Positions 19,995 through 29,600 of a stretch of 64,000 nt of DNA are shown here, piece by piece. The position numbers and the translations under genes are program-made. The stretch covers positions 28,284 to 92,283 of the forward strand of contig JAJYKS010000004.1 in the NCBI GenBank assembly GCA_021788365.1, given 5' to 3'. The notes under the pieces are model-generated. The model searched no databases. It saw nothing but the letters and a program-made list of their open reading frames with translations, and was not told the origin of the DNA. Positions within the stretch are counted from its first letter, which is position 1; every line of letters starts with the position of its first letter. The DNA comes from a bacterium. Lineage in GTDB: Bacteria; Patescibacteriota; Microgenomatia; UBA1400; UBA12108.

Positions 19995-20513
19995 ATGACG
20001 ACCGCCCACGCTAAAACCCAATCAGTAGTTCCTCCTGCCACGTCCACGCAGACGGACGGTGGCCGTGAACTCCTTGAATCTAAAATCTCTCTTCTAGAAT
20101 CTAAATTGGCCCGCGCCCTTGCCGATTACGCCAATCTCGAGAAGAGGTTTGAGAAGGATAGTGCAAGTGTAGTGAAATTCGCGAATGCCAATTTGCTGGA
20201 GAAACTGCTCGACCTTCGCGATCACCTCGAATCCGCTTCCCTTCACCTCTCGGATAAAAGCCTCCCCATGCTCCTTTCGCTCTTCGACAAAATCTTGAGC
20301 GAAGAGGGGGTAGTCGAGGTAAAAACAGACGGAACCTTCGATCCCGCCGTCATGGAATGTCACGAAACGGTGTCGGGGGAAAAAGACAAAATTGTCTCAG
20401 TCGCTCGTCGTGGCTACATGCTCTTCGGCCGTCTCCTGCGTCCCGCCCGCGTTGTGGTTGGAAGCGGTGAGAAGGTTTCTCCCGCTAACAAGGCGAGCGA
20501 AGCGAGCGTTTAG
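19995..20513 (+). CDS. grpE: Nucleotide exchange factor GrpE
   Basis: RALADYANLEKR, FDP, GYML..RLLRPARVVV. Confidence 0.92.
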   Translation: MTTAHAKTQSVVPPATSTQTDGGRELLESKISLLESKLARALADYANLEKRFEKDSASVVKFANANLLEKLLDLRDHLESASLHLSDKSLPMLLSLFDKILSEEGVVEVKTDGTFDPAVMECHETVSGEKDKIVSVARRGYMLFGRLLRPARVVVGSGEKVSPANKASEASV

Positions 20514-20554
20514 TCGAACCTGAGCGTGTCGAAGGTGAGACCGGGAGAAACCTT
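20472..20554. repeat. REP/MITE-like family A element with nested CCTGAGC..GTCGAAGG unit, overlapping grpE 3' end
   Basis: Perfect 13-bp arms aaggtttctcccg / cgggagaaacctt; internal gtttagtcgaac and gtgagac shared with 49372-49448. Confidence 0.8.
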
Positions 20555-20601
20555 AAAGTAAAAGTAAGTTGATATTTGAAAATTGACCAAAAGGAGGTCG
20601 T

Positions 20602-22515
20602 ATGTCTAAAACCATCGGAATAGATTTGGGTACCACCAACTCGTGTGTTGCGGTCATGGAGGGCGGCAAGCCCAAAGTGATCCCGAGCGCCGAAGGATCA
20701 AACACCATTCCCAGTATTGTGGAACCCGTAAAGAACTTGGTTGGCCAAGTGGCCAAAAACCAAATGGTCCTAAATGCCAAGAACACCATCTACAGCGTAA
20801 AACGCTTGATGGGCCGCAAGATGAGCGACAAAATGGTGCAGGAAACCGTCAAAAAAGTACCGTACGAGGTGGTCGCCGGTTCTGCCGACATGGCCGCGGT
20901 GAAAGTAAACGGCAAAGTCTACACCCCACAAGAAATCTCCGCGAAGATCTTACAGAAATGCAAAGCCGACGCCGAGGCTTACCTTGGCGAGACGGTCACG
21001 GAGGCAGTCATCACCGTCCCCGCCTACTTCGACGACTCCCAGCGCCAGGCTACCAAACAGGCCGGTGAAATTGCCGGTCTCACGGTCAAGCGCATAGTAA
21101 ACGAGCCCACAGCCGCAGCATTAGCTTACGGCCTGGACAAAAAGAAATCCGGCAAGATTGCGGTCTATGACCTCGGCGGCGGCACGTTCGACATCTCGGT
21201 ATTGGAGATTGGCGACGGCGTCTTTGAGGTCAAAGCCACGAATGGCGATACATTCCTGGGTGGCGACGACTTCAACAACAAGATCATGGATTACATAGTC
21301 GCAGAATTTAAGAAAGATCAGGGCGTCGACCTATCGGGCGACAAGCAGGCGCTGCAACGTATTCGCGACGCCGCCGAGAAAGCCAAGATAGAGCTGTCGA
21401 GCAGCCAGTCTGCCGAGATCAACCAGCCATTTATTACCCAGGGCAAAGACGGTCCCCTCCACCTCACCATGACCTTGACTCGCGCCAAACTAGAGGAGCT
21501 CACGGACGACCTTATTCAAAGATCGATCGAGCCGGTCAAGAAATGCTTGGCAGATGCGAAGCTAAAACCCTCCGACATCGACGAAGTCGTGCTTGTGGGT
21601 GGCCAGACCCGCATGCCCAAAGTGCAACAAGTCGTGAAAGACTTCTTCGGCCGCGAGCCACACAAAGGCGTGAATCCTGACGAGGTAGTAGCGGTGGGCG
21701 CCGCAATTCAGGCCGGCATCTTGGGCGGCGAAGTCAACGACATCTTGCTCCTGGACGTGACGCCCCTTACGCTCGGCATCGAGACGATGGGTGCAGTGAT
21801 GACGCCTCTGATAGATCGCAACACCACCGTACCTACGAGCAAGAGCCAGGTGTTCTCGACAGCCGCAGACAACCAGCCACAGGTCGAGGTAAACGTACTC
21901 CAGGGCGAGCGCCCCATGGCAACGGACAATAAGAGCTTGGGCCGCTTTGTCCTCGATGGTATCGCCCCCGCGCCTCGCGGCGTGCCGCAGATCGAGGTCA
22001 CCTTTGACATCGATAGTAACGGTATCCTCCATGTTAGTGCCAAAGACAAGGGCACCGGCAAAGAGCAGAAGATCACCATAAAAAATGCTACGAACTTGTC
22101 GGACGAAGAAATCCAAAAGATGAAATCCGAGGCCGAGAAGCACGCCGAGGAAGACAAGGCCAAGAAGGCACTCGTAGAAAAGAAAAACGAAGCCGACAGC
22201 CTCATTTTCCAAACGGAAAAAACATTGAAGGACGCCGGTGACAAGATAACCGCCGATGAGAAAAAGGATATCGACGAAGCCGTAAAGGCGCTAAAAGAAG
22301 CGAAGGATAAAAGTGACGCCACGGTCGAGTCTATCGACGAAGCGTTCAAGAAAGCCTCTGACGCTCTATCGAAATACGGTGAGCGCCTATACAAGGCGAG
22401 TTCTAACGAGCCGCAGTCATCCGAAGCTTCAGCGCAGGATGGTAAAGCCGAGCCGCCCAAGGGCGACCAACCGGAAGAGGGTCAGGTCGTCGACGACCCC
22501 GGTGACAAGAAATAA
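20602..22515 (+). CDS. dnaK: Chaperone DnaK
   Basis: [29 protein letters not shown]; SD aggagg. Confidence 0.98.
   Translation: MSKTIGIDLGTTNSCVAVMEGGKPKVIPSAEGSNTIPSIVEPVKNLVGQVAKNQMVLNAKNTIYSVKRLMGRKMSDKMVQETVKKVPYEVVAGSADMAAVKVNGKVYTPQEISAKILQKCKADAEAYLGETVTEAVITVPAYFDDSQRQATKQAGEIAGLTVKRIVNEPTAAALAYGLDKKKSGKIAVYDLGGGTFDISVLEIGDGVFEVKATNGDTFLGGDDFNNKIMDYIVAEFKKDQGVDLSGDKQALQRIRDAAEKAKIELSSSQSAEINQPFITQGKDGPLHLTMTLTRAKLEELTDDLIQRSIEPVKKCLADAKLKPSDIDEVVLVGGQTRMPKVQQVVKDFFGREPHKGVNPDEVVAVGAAIQAGILGGEVNDILLLDVTPLTLGIETMGAVMTPLIDRNTTVPTSKSQVFSTAADNQPQVEVNVLQGERPMATDNKSLGRFVLDGIAPAPRGVPQIEVTFDIDSNGILHVSAKDKGTGKEQKITIKNATNLSDEEIQKMKSEAEKHAEEDKAKKALVEKKNEADSLIFQTEKTLKDAGDKITADEKKDIDEAVKALKEAKDKSDATVESIDEAFKKASDALSKYGERLYKASSNEPQSSEASAQDGKAEPPKGDQPEEGQVVDDPGDKK
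22417..22442. repeat. CCGAAGC..GCGxAGG element in-frame in dnaK tail
   Basis: tcatccgaagcttcagcgcaggatgg; encodes SSEASAQDG. Confidence 0.6.
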
Positions 22516-22527
22516 AGTTTAGTTGAT

Positions 22528-22551
22528 AAAAGCCCCCGCAAGGGGGCTTTT
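22528..22551 (+). terminator. Rho-independent terminator after dnaK
   Basis: aaaagccccc gcaa gggggctttt. Confidence 0.9.
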
Positions 22552-22562
22552 GCTTAATTAAT

Positions 22563-23132
22563 ATGAGCGCAGAATCAATAAATCTAAAAGATTGGATCGA
22601 AGAACTCGTTCACATTCAAAACGATGTCTATTTCCTATCGATAAATAATAAAGATTTTATTACCCTTTCAGAGGAATTTAATAGCAAAAGGCTGAATCCA
22701 TTTGTATGGGAATTTATAAAACGTAATTACGTGACTTCAATGTCAGTGGCTATTAGGAGATTAATGGACAATCGTAAAGATTGCCACAGCCTGCTAAAAC
22801 TACTATCAAACATAGAAAGACGTTCATCGGACATAAATACAAAATGGTTTCTCGAACAATGGCCTGGCGGATCAGTGGAAACAAAGTTTAAAGAGTTTTT
22901 CGGTAATAATAATCACGTAAAAAAGCAAGTCATACAAAATCATATTGAAGAGTTAAAACGAGTTACAAGGGCAATTTGTGAGAGAACCAACATTTATGAA
23001 GCGCACAATGCAAAGAAAAAGGATCTAAAAATAATACCCACATACAGAGATGTTGATGTCGCAGTTGACACAATCAAAGTAGTATATGCCAAATACTGGT
23101 ATCTTCTGAAACAAGGGGATCTTTCGATTTAA
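22563..23132 (+). CDS. HEPN AbiU2-like protein (putative)
   Basis: AT-rich; IRRLMD..SLLKLL and RTNIYEAH resemble AbiU2-type HEPN motifs. Confidence 0.6.
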   Translation: MSAESINLKDWIEELVHIQNDVYFLSINNKDFITLSEEFNSKRLNPFVWEFIKRNYVTSMSVAIRRLMDNRKDCHSLLKLLSNIERRSSDINTKWFLEQWPGGSVETKFKEFFGNNNHVKKQVIQNHIEELKRVTRAICERTNIYEAHNAKKKDLKIIPTYRDVDVAVDTIKVVYAKYWYLLKQGDLSI

Positions 23133-23269
23133 ACTGGACTGATTCTCATTACCTTTGTCTTGCAGGACTGCCACCTCATCCATAAACTTTTCGCCAAATA
23201 GTCTGATAGTTCGAATCATTAAACTTACGAAGTTACCACTATTGGCATAACATAGGTTAGAATAATACT

Positions 23270-23560
23270 ATGAGTATGGAAGATTTTTTCGCAAGACTTA
23301 AGGAAAACGAAGAGCCGACGAAGGAAATTGAAGTTCCATCAAGAAAGGGTGTCCCTACCAATACGCTATTAGACGCATCGGACGAAAGCTCTTCACAGAC
23401 AGCAGATATCGCTGAGGGTCTACGCTGGGGACATACTGAAGGAAATATGCACTCAGGTGGAGCGCTCATGCAACTAGTTAATTTTTGCGCACACGCCATA
23501 GGACTAGGAACAAGAGGAAAGCGCTCACACAACAATCGGGACGATTTTACGATTAGCTAA
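23270..23560 (+). CDS. Hypothetical protein
   Basis: 96-aa ORF with TAGAAT 6 nt before ATG; no family recognised. Confidence 0.45.
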   Translation: MSMEDFFARLKENEEPTKEIEVPSRKGVPTNTLLDASDESSSQTADIAEGLRWGHTEGNMHSGGALMQLVNFCAHAIGLGTRGKRSHNNRDDFTIS

Positions 23561-23654
23561 CTTGAATGGAATCGTGTGTTAATGTGTCAGCAATTCATTC
23601 TCTCCACGGCGGTGGTCACCAAAGTAAGCTTGACCCATCTGGGATAATAACTCC

Positions 23655-24041
23655 ATGTGTCCAGAACATGCAGGTGTTGTCATAATCGACGACGAAACCG
23701 AAAATCTAGCTGATATCAGCCAGTGTCTACAACAAGAAGGTCATCAAGTTATTGGAGAATATCAAAGTTTCGTTGCAGTAAAAGAGGCTCTTGAAAATAA
23801 GACCTTCCCCTTTGGTCTGGTCCAAGTGATTATCGCCGACGCCGCGGCGGGAAGAAATCCCCTAGGCGCACCTGCAATTCGTGAAATTAGGGCCGCAGCA
23901 GATGAGCTTGGCATTAAAATGGCTTACGTTATTGGCAATAGCTCGATGTATCCAGTCGAAGGAGCGAACATAAATAATATCGGAAAAGATTTAAGCGCGT
24001 TACCCAAGCTAGTTACCGCCGCACCCGACGTCTTAAAATAA
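23655..24041 (+). CDS. Stand-alone receiver (CheY-like) domain protein, atypical
   Basis: VVIIDDE, LQQEGHQV, VIIAD, late GK. Confidence 0.65.
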   Translation: MCPEHAGVVIIDDETENLADISQCLQQEGHQVIGEYQSFVAVKEALENKTFPFGLVQVIIADAAAGRNPLGAPAIREIRAAADELGIKMAYVIGNSSMYPVEGANINNIGKDLSALPKLVTAAPDVLK

Positions 24042-24060
24042 GTCTTGTTACAATACCCTC

Positions 24061-24675
24061 ATGCCAGGAATATTATTTCTCCACGGCGGCGGCCACTCGA
24101 GCCACACCCGCTACACGAAACTCGAAGAGAAATTTAACAAGCTTGGTATTTTCACTCGTGCTTTCGACCATCACGCCACTTCCCTCGCCGGCCGTCTCGC
24201 CGAAGCAGAGACCGAACTCGCGCAACTAAAAAAAGATCACCACCTTACCGACGCGGACGTTTTCATTTGGGGCTCCAGCATGGGCGGGCACGTGGCCTGC
24301 CGGCTCGCGGAGAGTCACCCCACACTCCGCGGTCTCATCCTCCAGTCGGCAGCCGCCTACTCCGAGGCAGCCGAGAATATCCCGTTTGGCCCAGCCTTCA
24401 CCGCCGAGCTGCAGCGGGAGGGGAGCTGGCAAGATAGTCCCGCCTTCGCGGCAATAGATACGTTCGCCGGTCCCGTACTGGTCATGTACGGGGAGGGAGA
24501 CGACGTGATCCCAGTGGGGGTAAAAGACAAATATCGAGCCCGCGCGGGCAAAAATGGGAACTACTTCACCCTCCCCGGTGCCGGCCACTCACTCCTCCGT
24601 CCCGGCACGCCGAGCGCGTTCACGGCCTGGGACACCATACTCTCCCACGCCATCGACTTTGTTAAACAAAATTAG
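24061..24675 (+). CDS. Alpha/beta hydrolase
   Basis: LHGGG, GSSMGG nucleophile elbow, D(DVIP), GAGH. Confidence 0.88.
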   Translation: MPGILFLHGGGHSSHTRYTKLEEKFNKLGIFTRAFDHHATSLAGRLAEAETELAQLKKDHHLTDADVFIWGSSMGGHVACRLAESHPTLRGLILQSAAAYSEAAENIPFGPAFTAELQREGSWQDSPAFAAIDTFAGPVLVMYGEGDDVIPVGVKDKYRARAGKNGNYFTLPGAGHSLLRPGTPSAFTAWDTILSHAIDFVKQN

Positions 24676-24720
24676 ATTGCATACCAGGTATGTGATCTGG
24701 TGATATTGGGATAATTCAAG

Positions 24721-24748
24721 AACTACTATTATTCGAATAATAGTAGTT
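24721..24748. repeat. Perfect 28-bp palindrome
   Basis: aactactattattc gaataatagtagtt; 23/26 identical copy at 50700-50725. Confidence 0.85.
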
Positions 24749-24771
24749 TTAGAAATTGCTAGAATACTCCT

Positions 24772-25242
24772 ATGTACTCGCACGTCCCCAAAGATTACAT
24801 TTGTCCCATCTGTCTAGGAGTAAGCGGCGTGGAGGGCAAAGGCACACTTCTTCTCCAGCAAGACGTCATATATCAGGGCAAAATCGTTACGGCATTTATT
24901 AATTCGTTCTGGATTAAAAATAACCCCGGCCACGTCATTGTGGTACCCAATGAGCATGTAGAAAACGTATATGATCTGTCTCCCGACCTGGCTACCCACA
25001 TTTTTGTAATTGCCCAGAAAATCTCCCTCGCGATGAAGGTGGCATACAAATGCGACGGCATCACGCTCCTCCAAAACAACGAACCAGCGGGTGGCCAACA
25101 CGCCTTCCACTATCATCTCCACATTTTTCCTCGCTACGACGGCGACGAGCTACACAAACATATGGACAACAAACAGCTCGCTGATCCTGCCTCTCGCGCC
25201 ACATACGCTGCAAAAATCCGTCGCTACTTCAACACGAAATAA
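24772..25242 (+). CDS. HIT family nucleotide hydrolase
   Basis: CPIC, GHVIVVP, HYHLHIFPR. Confidence 0.92.
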   Translation: MYSHVPKDYICPICLGVSGVEGKGTLLLQQDVIYQGKIVTAFINSFWIKNNPGHVIVVPNEHVENVYDLSPDLATHIFVIAQKISLAMKVAYKCDGITLLQNNEPAGGQHAFHYHLHIFPRYDGDELHKHMDNKQLADPASRATYAAKIRRYFNTK

Positions 25243-25278
25243 TGGCGAGATAGTATCTTATCTTGCTACAATATTCAT

Positions 25279-25839
25279 ATGCAACATCCTCGTCTGTTTC
25301 TCATTCACGGTTGGGGTGGCAGTCCCCAAAAGGATTGGATGCCGTGGGCAAAGAAAGCATGGGAAGAAAAAGGGTTCGACGTCTACCTTCCCCCAATGCC
25401 GGACACTGACATGCCCAAAATAGACGCATGGGTTGGCTATCTTACTACGCTCGTAGGAGAACTGCGGCCCAGCGACGTATTTGTCGGCCACAGTATTGGT
25501 TGCCAAACCATCCTTCGCTATCTCGAAAAACAGCAAGGGAAGGTGGACAAGGTTGTGCTTGTTGCGCCGTGGTTCACGCTCACCAATCTCGAAAACGCTG
25601 CAGCATGGACGATCGCCGATCCATGGTTAAAGTCTACAATGAACTTCGCACAAATTATCCCAAAAGCCAATACATTCGTAACAATTTTTTCCGATAATGA
25701 TCCTTGGGTGCCGTACGGCGAAAACAAAACACTTTTTGAGCAAAAGTTGCATCCCAAAATAGTGACGCTTCACGCCAAAGGTCACATGACGGATGAAGAA
25801 GGTGTGTCAGAGCTTCCCGAGCTTCTACTCGAGTTATAA
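25279..25839 (+). CDS. RBBP9/YdeN family serine hydrolase
   Basis: IHGWGGSP, VGHSIGC, SDNDPWVP, KGH. Confidence 0.9.
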   Translation: MQHPRLFLIHGWGGSPQKDWMPWAKKAWEEKGFDVYLPPMPDTDMPKIDAWVGYLTTLVGELRPSDVFVGHSIGCQTILRYLEKQQGKVDKVVLVAPWFTLTNLENAAAWTIADPWLKSTMNFAQIIPKANTFVTIFSDNDPWVPYGENKTLFEQKLHPKIVTLHAKGHMTDEEGVSELPELLLEL

Positions 25840-25846
25840 TACGTGC

Positions 25847-26521
25847 ATGCAACTATCGGAGGCACAAGAATTAGTCAAACAGGGCGAAGCACGGCGGGAA
25901 GCAGCAGATTTCGAGGGTGCGATTAAATTCCTCACCGAAGCTATAAAGCTGCTCACAAAAGAGAAATCGTACGCCGACCTGGTCGTCGCCTACAAAGATC
26001 TCTCCCTCACCTACGTCCACAAATATAACTATGGTGAGGGTAGTAGCAACTTAGACAAGGCCAAACAATACGCCGAGGGAATGCTCACAGTTGCCAGGAA
26101 ACACGCTCCAGATTCTATCGCCCTTGCCTACTTCACACTCGCCAAAGCTGTAGAGCTACAAGGCGATCTTACCGCAGCCCGCACAGCATATAAACAAGCG
26201 TTGGAGTTATATAAGGGCTCGCTCGCCGAGCGTGGTGACTATCGCTATCACTACGGCGAGGCGCTCTACATAACCGGCGATAAGAGCGAGGGGAAGCGGC
26301 AAATGGAGACGGGGCTCGCCGAGATTCGCGATGGGGTCGGGGAGGTGGACGACTTCCTCACCGCCGTGTGGGAAACACGCTGTCTCATACGACTGGCATA
26401 CGTTCTAAATAGTGATGACCCGGCTGCAGCCACTAAATATCGGGGAGAAGCAAAAAACCATCTCGAGGCAGACCTCCGCCTCGTCATCCTAAAAAAACAA
26501 TTCCTCGAGCTCTTTTTTTAG
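25847..26521 (+). CDS. Tetratricopeptide repeat protein
   Basis: Repeated helical A/G/Y TPR pattern; TATAAT 6 nt before ATG 25847. Confidence 0.75.
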   Translation: MQLSEAQELVKQGEARREAADFEGAIKFLTEAIKLLTKEKSYADLVVAYKDLSLTYVHKYNYGEGSSNLDKAKQYAEGMLTVARKHAPDSIALAYFTLAKAVELQGDLTAARTAYKQALELYKGSLAERGDYRYHYGEALYITGDKSEGKRQMETGLAEIRDGVGEVDDFLTAVWETRCLIRLAYVLNSDDPAAATKYRGEAKNHLEADLRLVILKKQFLELFF

Positions 26522-26649
26522 CATAACCCATAGGCAGATCTAATCACCAAAAAGACGCTAACCAGCACAAAACCGTAGCTGCGGAATCCTCACAGATATA
26601 TGCTTGCAGGCTTTCCCACACCCAAATAATAGTCCATAATCAATACATC

Positions 26650-29600
26650 ATGGTAATGGAAAATACTAAGGTAGAAATACTTGACAAGGGAGAGCCGGGC
26701 GGGCTCGTACCTAATAGATATCGTAGAATCTTACACAAGCAAATGCGCATAAGTCCCCGCTTAAGAAGTGCTCTTGCTGCGAGAGATGATTTATCAAATG
26801 ATGATGCCAATCAGACAGTTATAGCCAAAGCCCCACCACGAAGGGAAATAGAGCAACCGGTGGCGCAGGAAAAAGTTGATTTTGTCGCTTACACGGAGGC
26901 TGCTCTTAATAAAGGAAACGTCCCCGCAGAAATACTAGCTCACATGCGTGCGGATAAAGCGGTAATTTTTGAGACAGCAAACACTCGAGAAATAGGTATA
27001 GGCGGAGGATTTGATGCAGTCGACCAAATGGTTATAGCAGACTATACACAACACGCAGCACGCGGACCATATGAAGTAGCACAAGGAATGATAGATAATG
27101 GATTTCTTGAATCTAAAAGCCCAGGATGGAAACGTCCATCAATTGAAATAGACAAACAAGACTCACAAGAGACCTTTACCGGCGAACAAACATTTGATGG
27201 TGCCAAGGCCATTGTTGGTCGGAACATGGGGGTCCTCCGCAAGAACTCACTAACGGTACTCCGAAGAGATACAGAGCTATATGCCAGAAAGGCCAATGGT
27301 CGCCCCAAAATGGGAGGATTCGGCCAAGGATTAAAAATCCACTTATGTACGGCAGTCTCTACGCCACAAGACCGTCGCAATGTGGTGAAAGTGTTTTTAC
27401 GTGAAGCAAAGTGGAACGCATGGCAACGTGAAGATCTCGAAAGATATGTTGCGTCCCCAGCGCCATCGCCAGAACATGCCTCATTTGCCTATGTGCAGGC
27501 AAGAGACCCAGACACAAATACGTATTATCGCGCCTACGCGTATCGCGAACCTACCATGGCAAATGGTGTAGAAATCTGGAACTTAAAATACGTTTTTGTC
27601 GATATCGATGAAAATAATTTGCCCGAAGAAGATAAAGATATGGTTGTGTGTGCTCACGTTAATCCCGACACCGAACAAATAAGTGCGTGGAACGATGCTC
27701 CTTGGAACATATTACAAATGAACCCGTATTATCCCTCAGAAGAAAGTTTGGTGCGTACAGATAATGACGCGCGTCCAACAGCCGCTATCAGCCGATACTA
27801 TGCAGCAGAGCTCGCAGAATTACCCGAAGCTCACGATTCCACATGGGATGTCGAAGAAATAGATTGGCCAGAGGGGGTAGTAATACCGCGGCGAATCTTC
27901 CCGGGGATTCATGTCGAGGGGCTAAGACTAAGGGTAAAAAATGACAACTGGGACGGATCGGCAATAAGAACTTGGAATATCAACCCACGCGGAGACACAA
28001 CACTTCTTAAGAGAATTCATCGTGAAAGTGACTCTGTGCACGTAGATGGAGATACAAAGCCTATTTTCAGCGCCTGTGTTATGAGTCGGAAGGATCTTAA
28101 CCAATGGAAAGACTTAATGGAGCGTGTGCTAAACGCTCAAAGTGAAACCCGCGTCTCACAACTCCTCGAAGTACAAGCATTGCGTGATTATTACCTTCTA
28201 TCCTCAACGGCTCGGCAAGCGTTGATAGACGCATTTCATGAAGTGGCACCACAAGCAGAACAAAGTTTTTATTCCGACACTACACTCCTTGCAGTTTGGA
28301 GGGCAAAAACTGGTAAAGACAAAGTGGCACCTGCCAGAGTCGACCCAGCACTATCGAGTACTCTACGCAAAGCAGAGCTAACTGATTGTGATTCGATCGC
28401 ACGAGCCTGCCTAACGGAAGGTACAGGACTATCAAATTGGCACGAATCACGCATAGAAGTACACGACATTTCAACAACCGCAGACAATGTAAAAAGGAAT
28501 AATAAATCGCCAGGAAAACAGATTGTAGAAAATATCCTGGGAGAAAGAGGTGAGAGACTATTCCCTGGCGTTACCACATACGCCCGAATCAACGCCGACA
28601 CGATAGAAATTGCTATTAGCGGTTTAGTCGACAGTCGAAACAGGCCATACACCACGTTCTTAGAACCAGAAAAAGAGGGAAATACCGAGTATGTGATTAA
28701 AAAAGACGCTTCAGAGCTGTTATCGTCTCTCGGAAAAGGAGGAGTTAATACAAACATATTCTTCCAATCCGACACTCCAAATTTTGGTGTTGGGGTGAAA
28801 TGCCTAACTGTTAAAAGAGTTGGCGCCAAAACCTTTGGAGTAATAGGAGAATCCAATCAAAGCCTAGGGCAGGTGGTTCCCACAAGGGGGATTGTTATCC
28901 AATTCAAGGGTACGTCAGCCGCGATCGATGGACTCACTAAAGACTTGGATGGTTACTTTACCAAACTTAACCCAATGGTTATTAAACACACAGATGCAGC
29001 GCTAAAAATCGTTGACGAACAACTTCGATACCTAAAAGAACAGTGTGAGAGCACCAAAAATGAATTGGAAACAATTCGGCGTAATGCCCTAGGGAACCTA
29101 GCAGATGGTCAAACTCTTCGCCCCTCCGTACGAGCTCGCCATGCTGGGCGCCAAGGCGTGGGTGGTGGAGCACGCGGAGAATATTCCATAGAAGTTGCCG
29201 ATACTAATCGTTCTATCTGGCTTCCGGGCGCTAGCGAGGAAACCATTATTTATACCCCTCACGATGCAACATCCTGGATAGAGGGATCGGAGACGCGAGA
29301 CCACGCCCCTCGCATTCACTTTAGAGTGACAGAGGTCGGTGGCGACAGTGGACATAAACTTCCAAATAACATCTCTATTTCCACCAGTAGTAATATCAAT
29401 TTCGACGAATGGGGTAATGCCACGGGCAAAAGAGAAGAATCGCTTTTTCGTTTTGTAGGAGAAGTGAATGGAGAATCGGTCTGGAGAACAAGCGGGGCAA
29501 GAGCAGATTATTTTAGGAACAGAACAGACGCGTTTGGCGCTCTCTATACCTCTGTTATTACGTTTGAAGAGCCATTAGAAATTGCCAATGGAGACGCACG

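Noticed and set aside
21562-22460. Long antisense ORFs inside dnaK (similar ones in pnp, ftsK, rpoB and at 49416-50096)
   Set aside because: Shadow ORFs expected from codon bias opposite confident genes
23025-23219. 64-aa minus-strand ORF
   Set aside because: Overlaps the HEPN-like gene and has no recognisable family; may be a remnant but cannot be supported
23241-26530. Integron attC or pdif-like sites (GCATAAC at 23245 and 26521)
   Set aside because: No properly spaced GTTRRRY partner or stem, XerD arm poorly matched, no integrase
26541-26575. taatcaccaa shared with the dnaJ promoter (31907) as a possible insertion scar
   Set aside because: Only 10 nt exact match; flanks need gaps; plausible by chance
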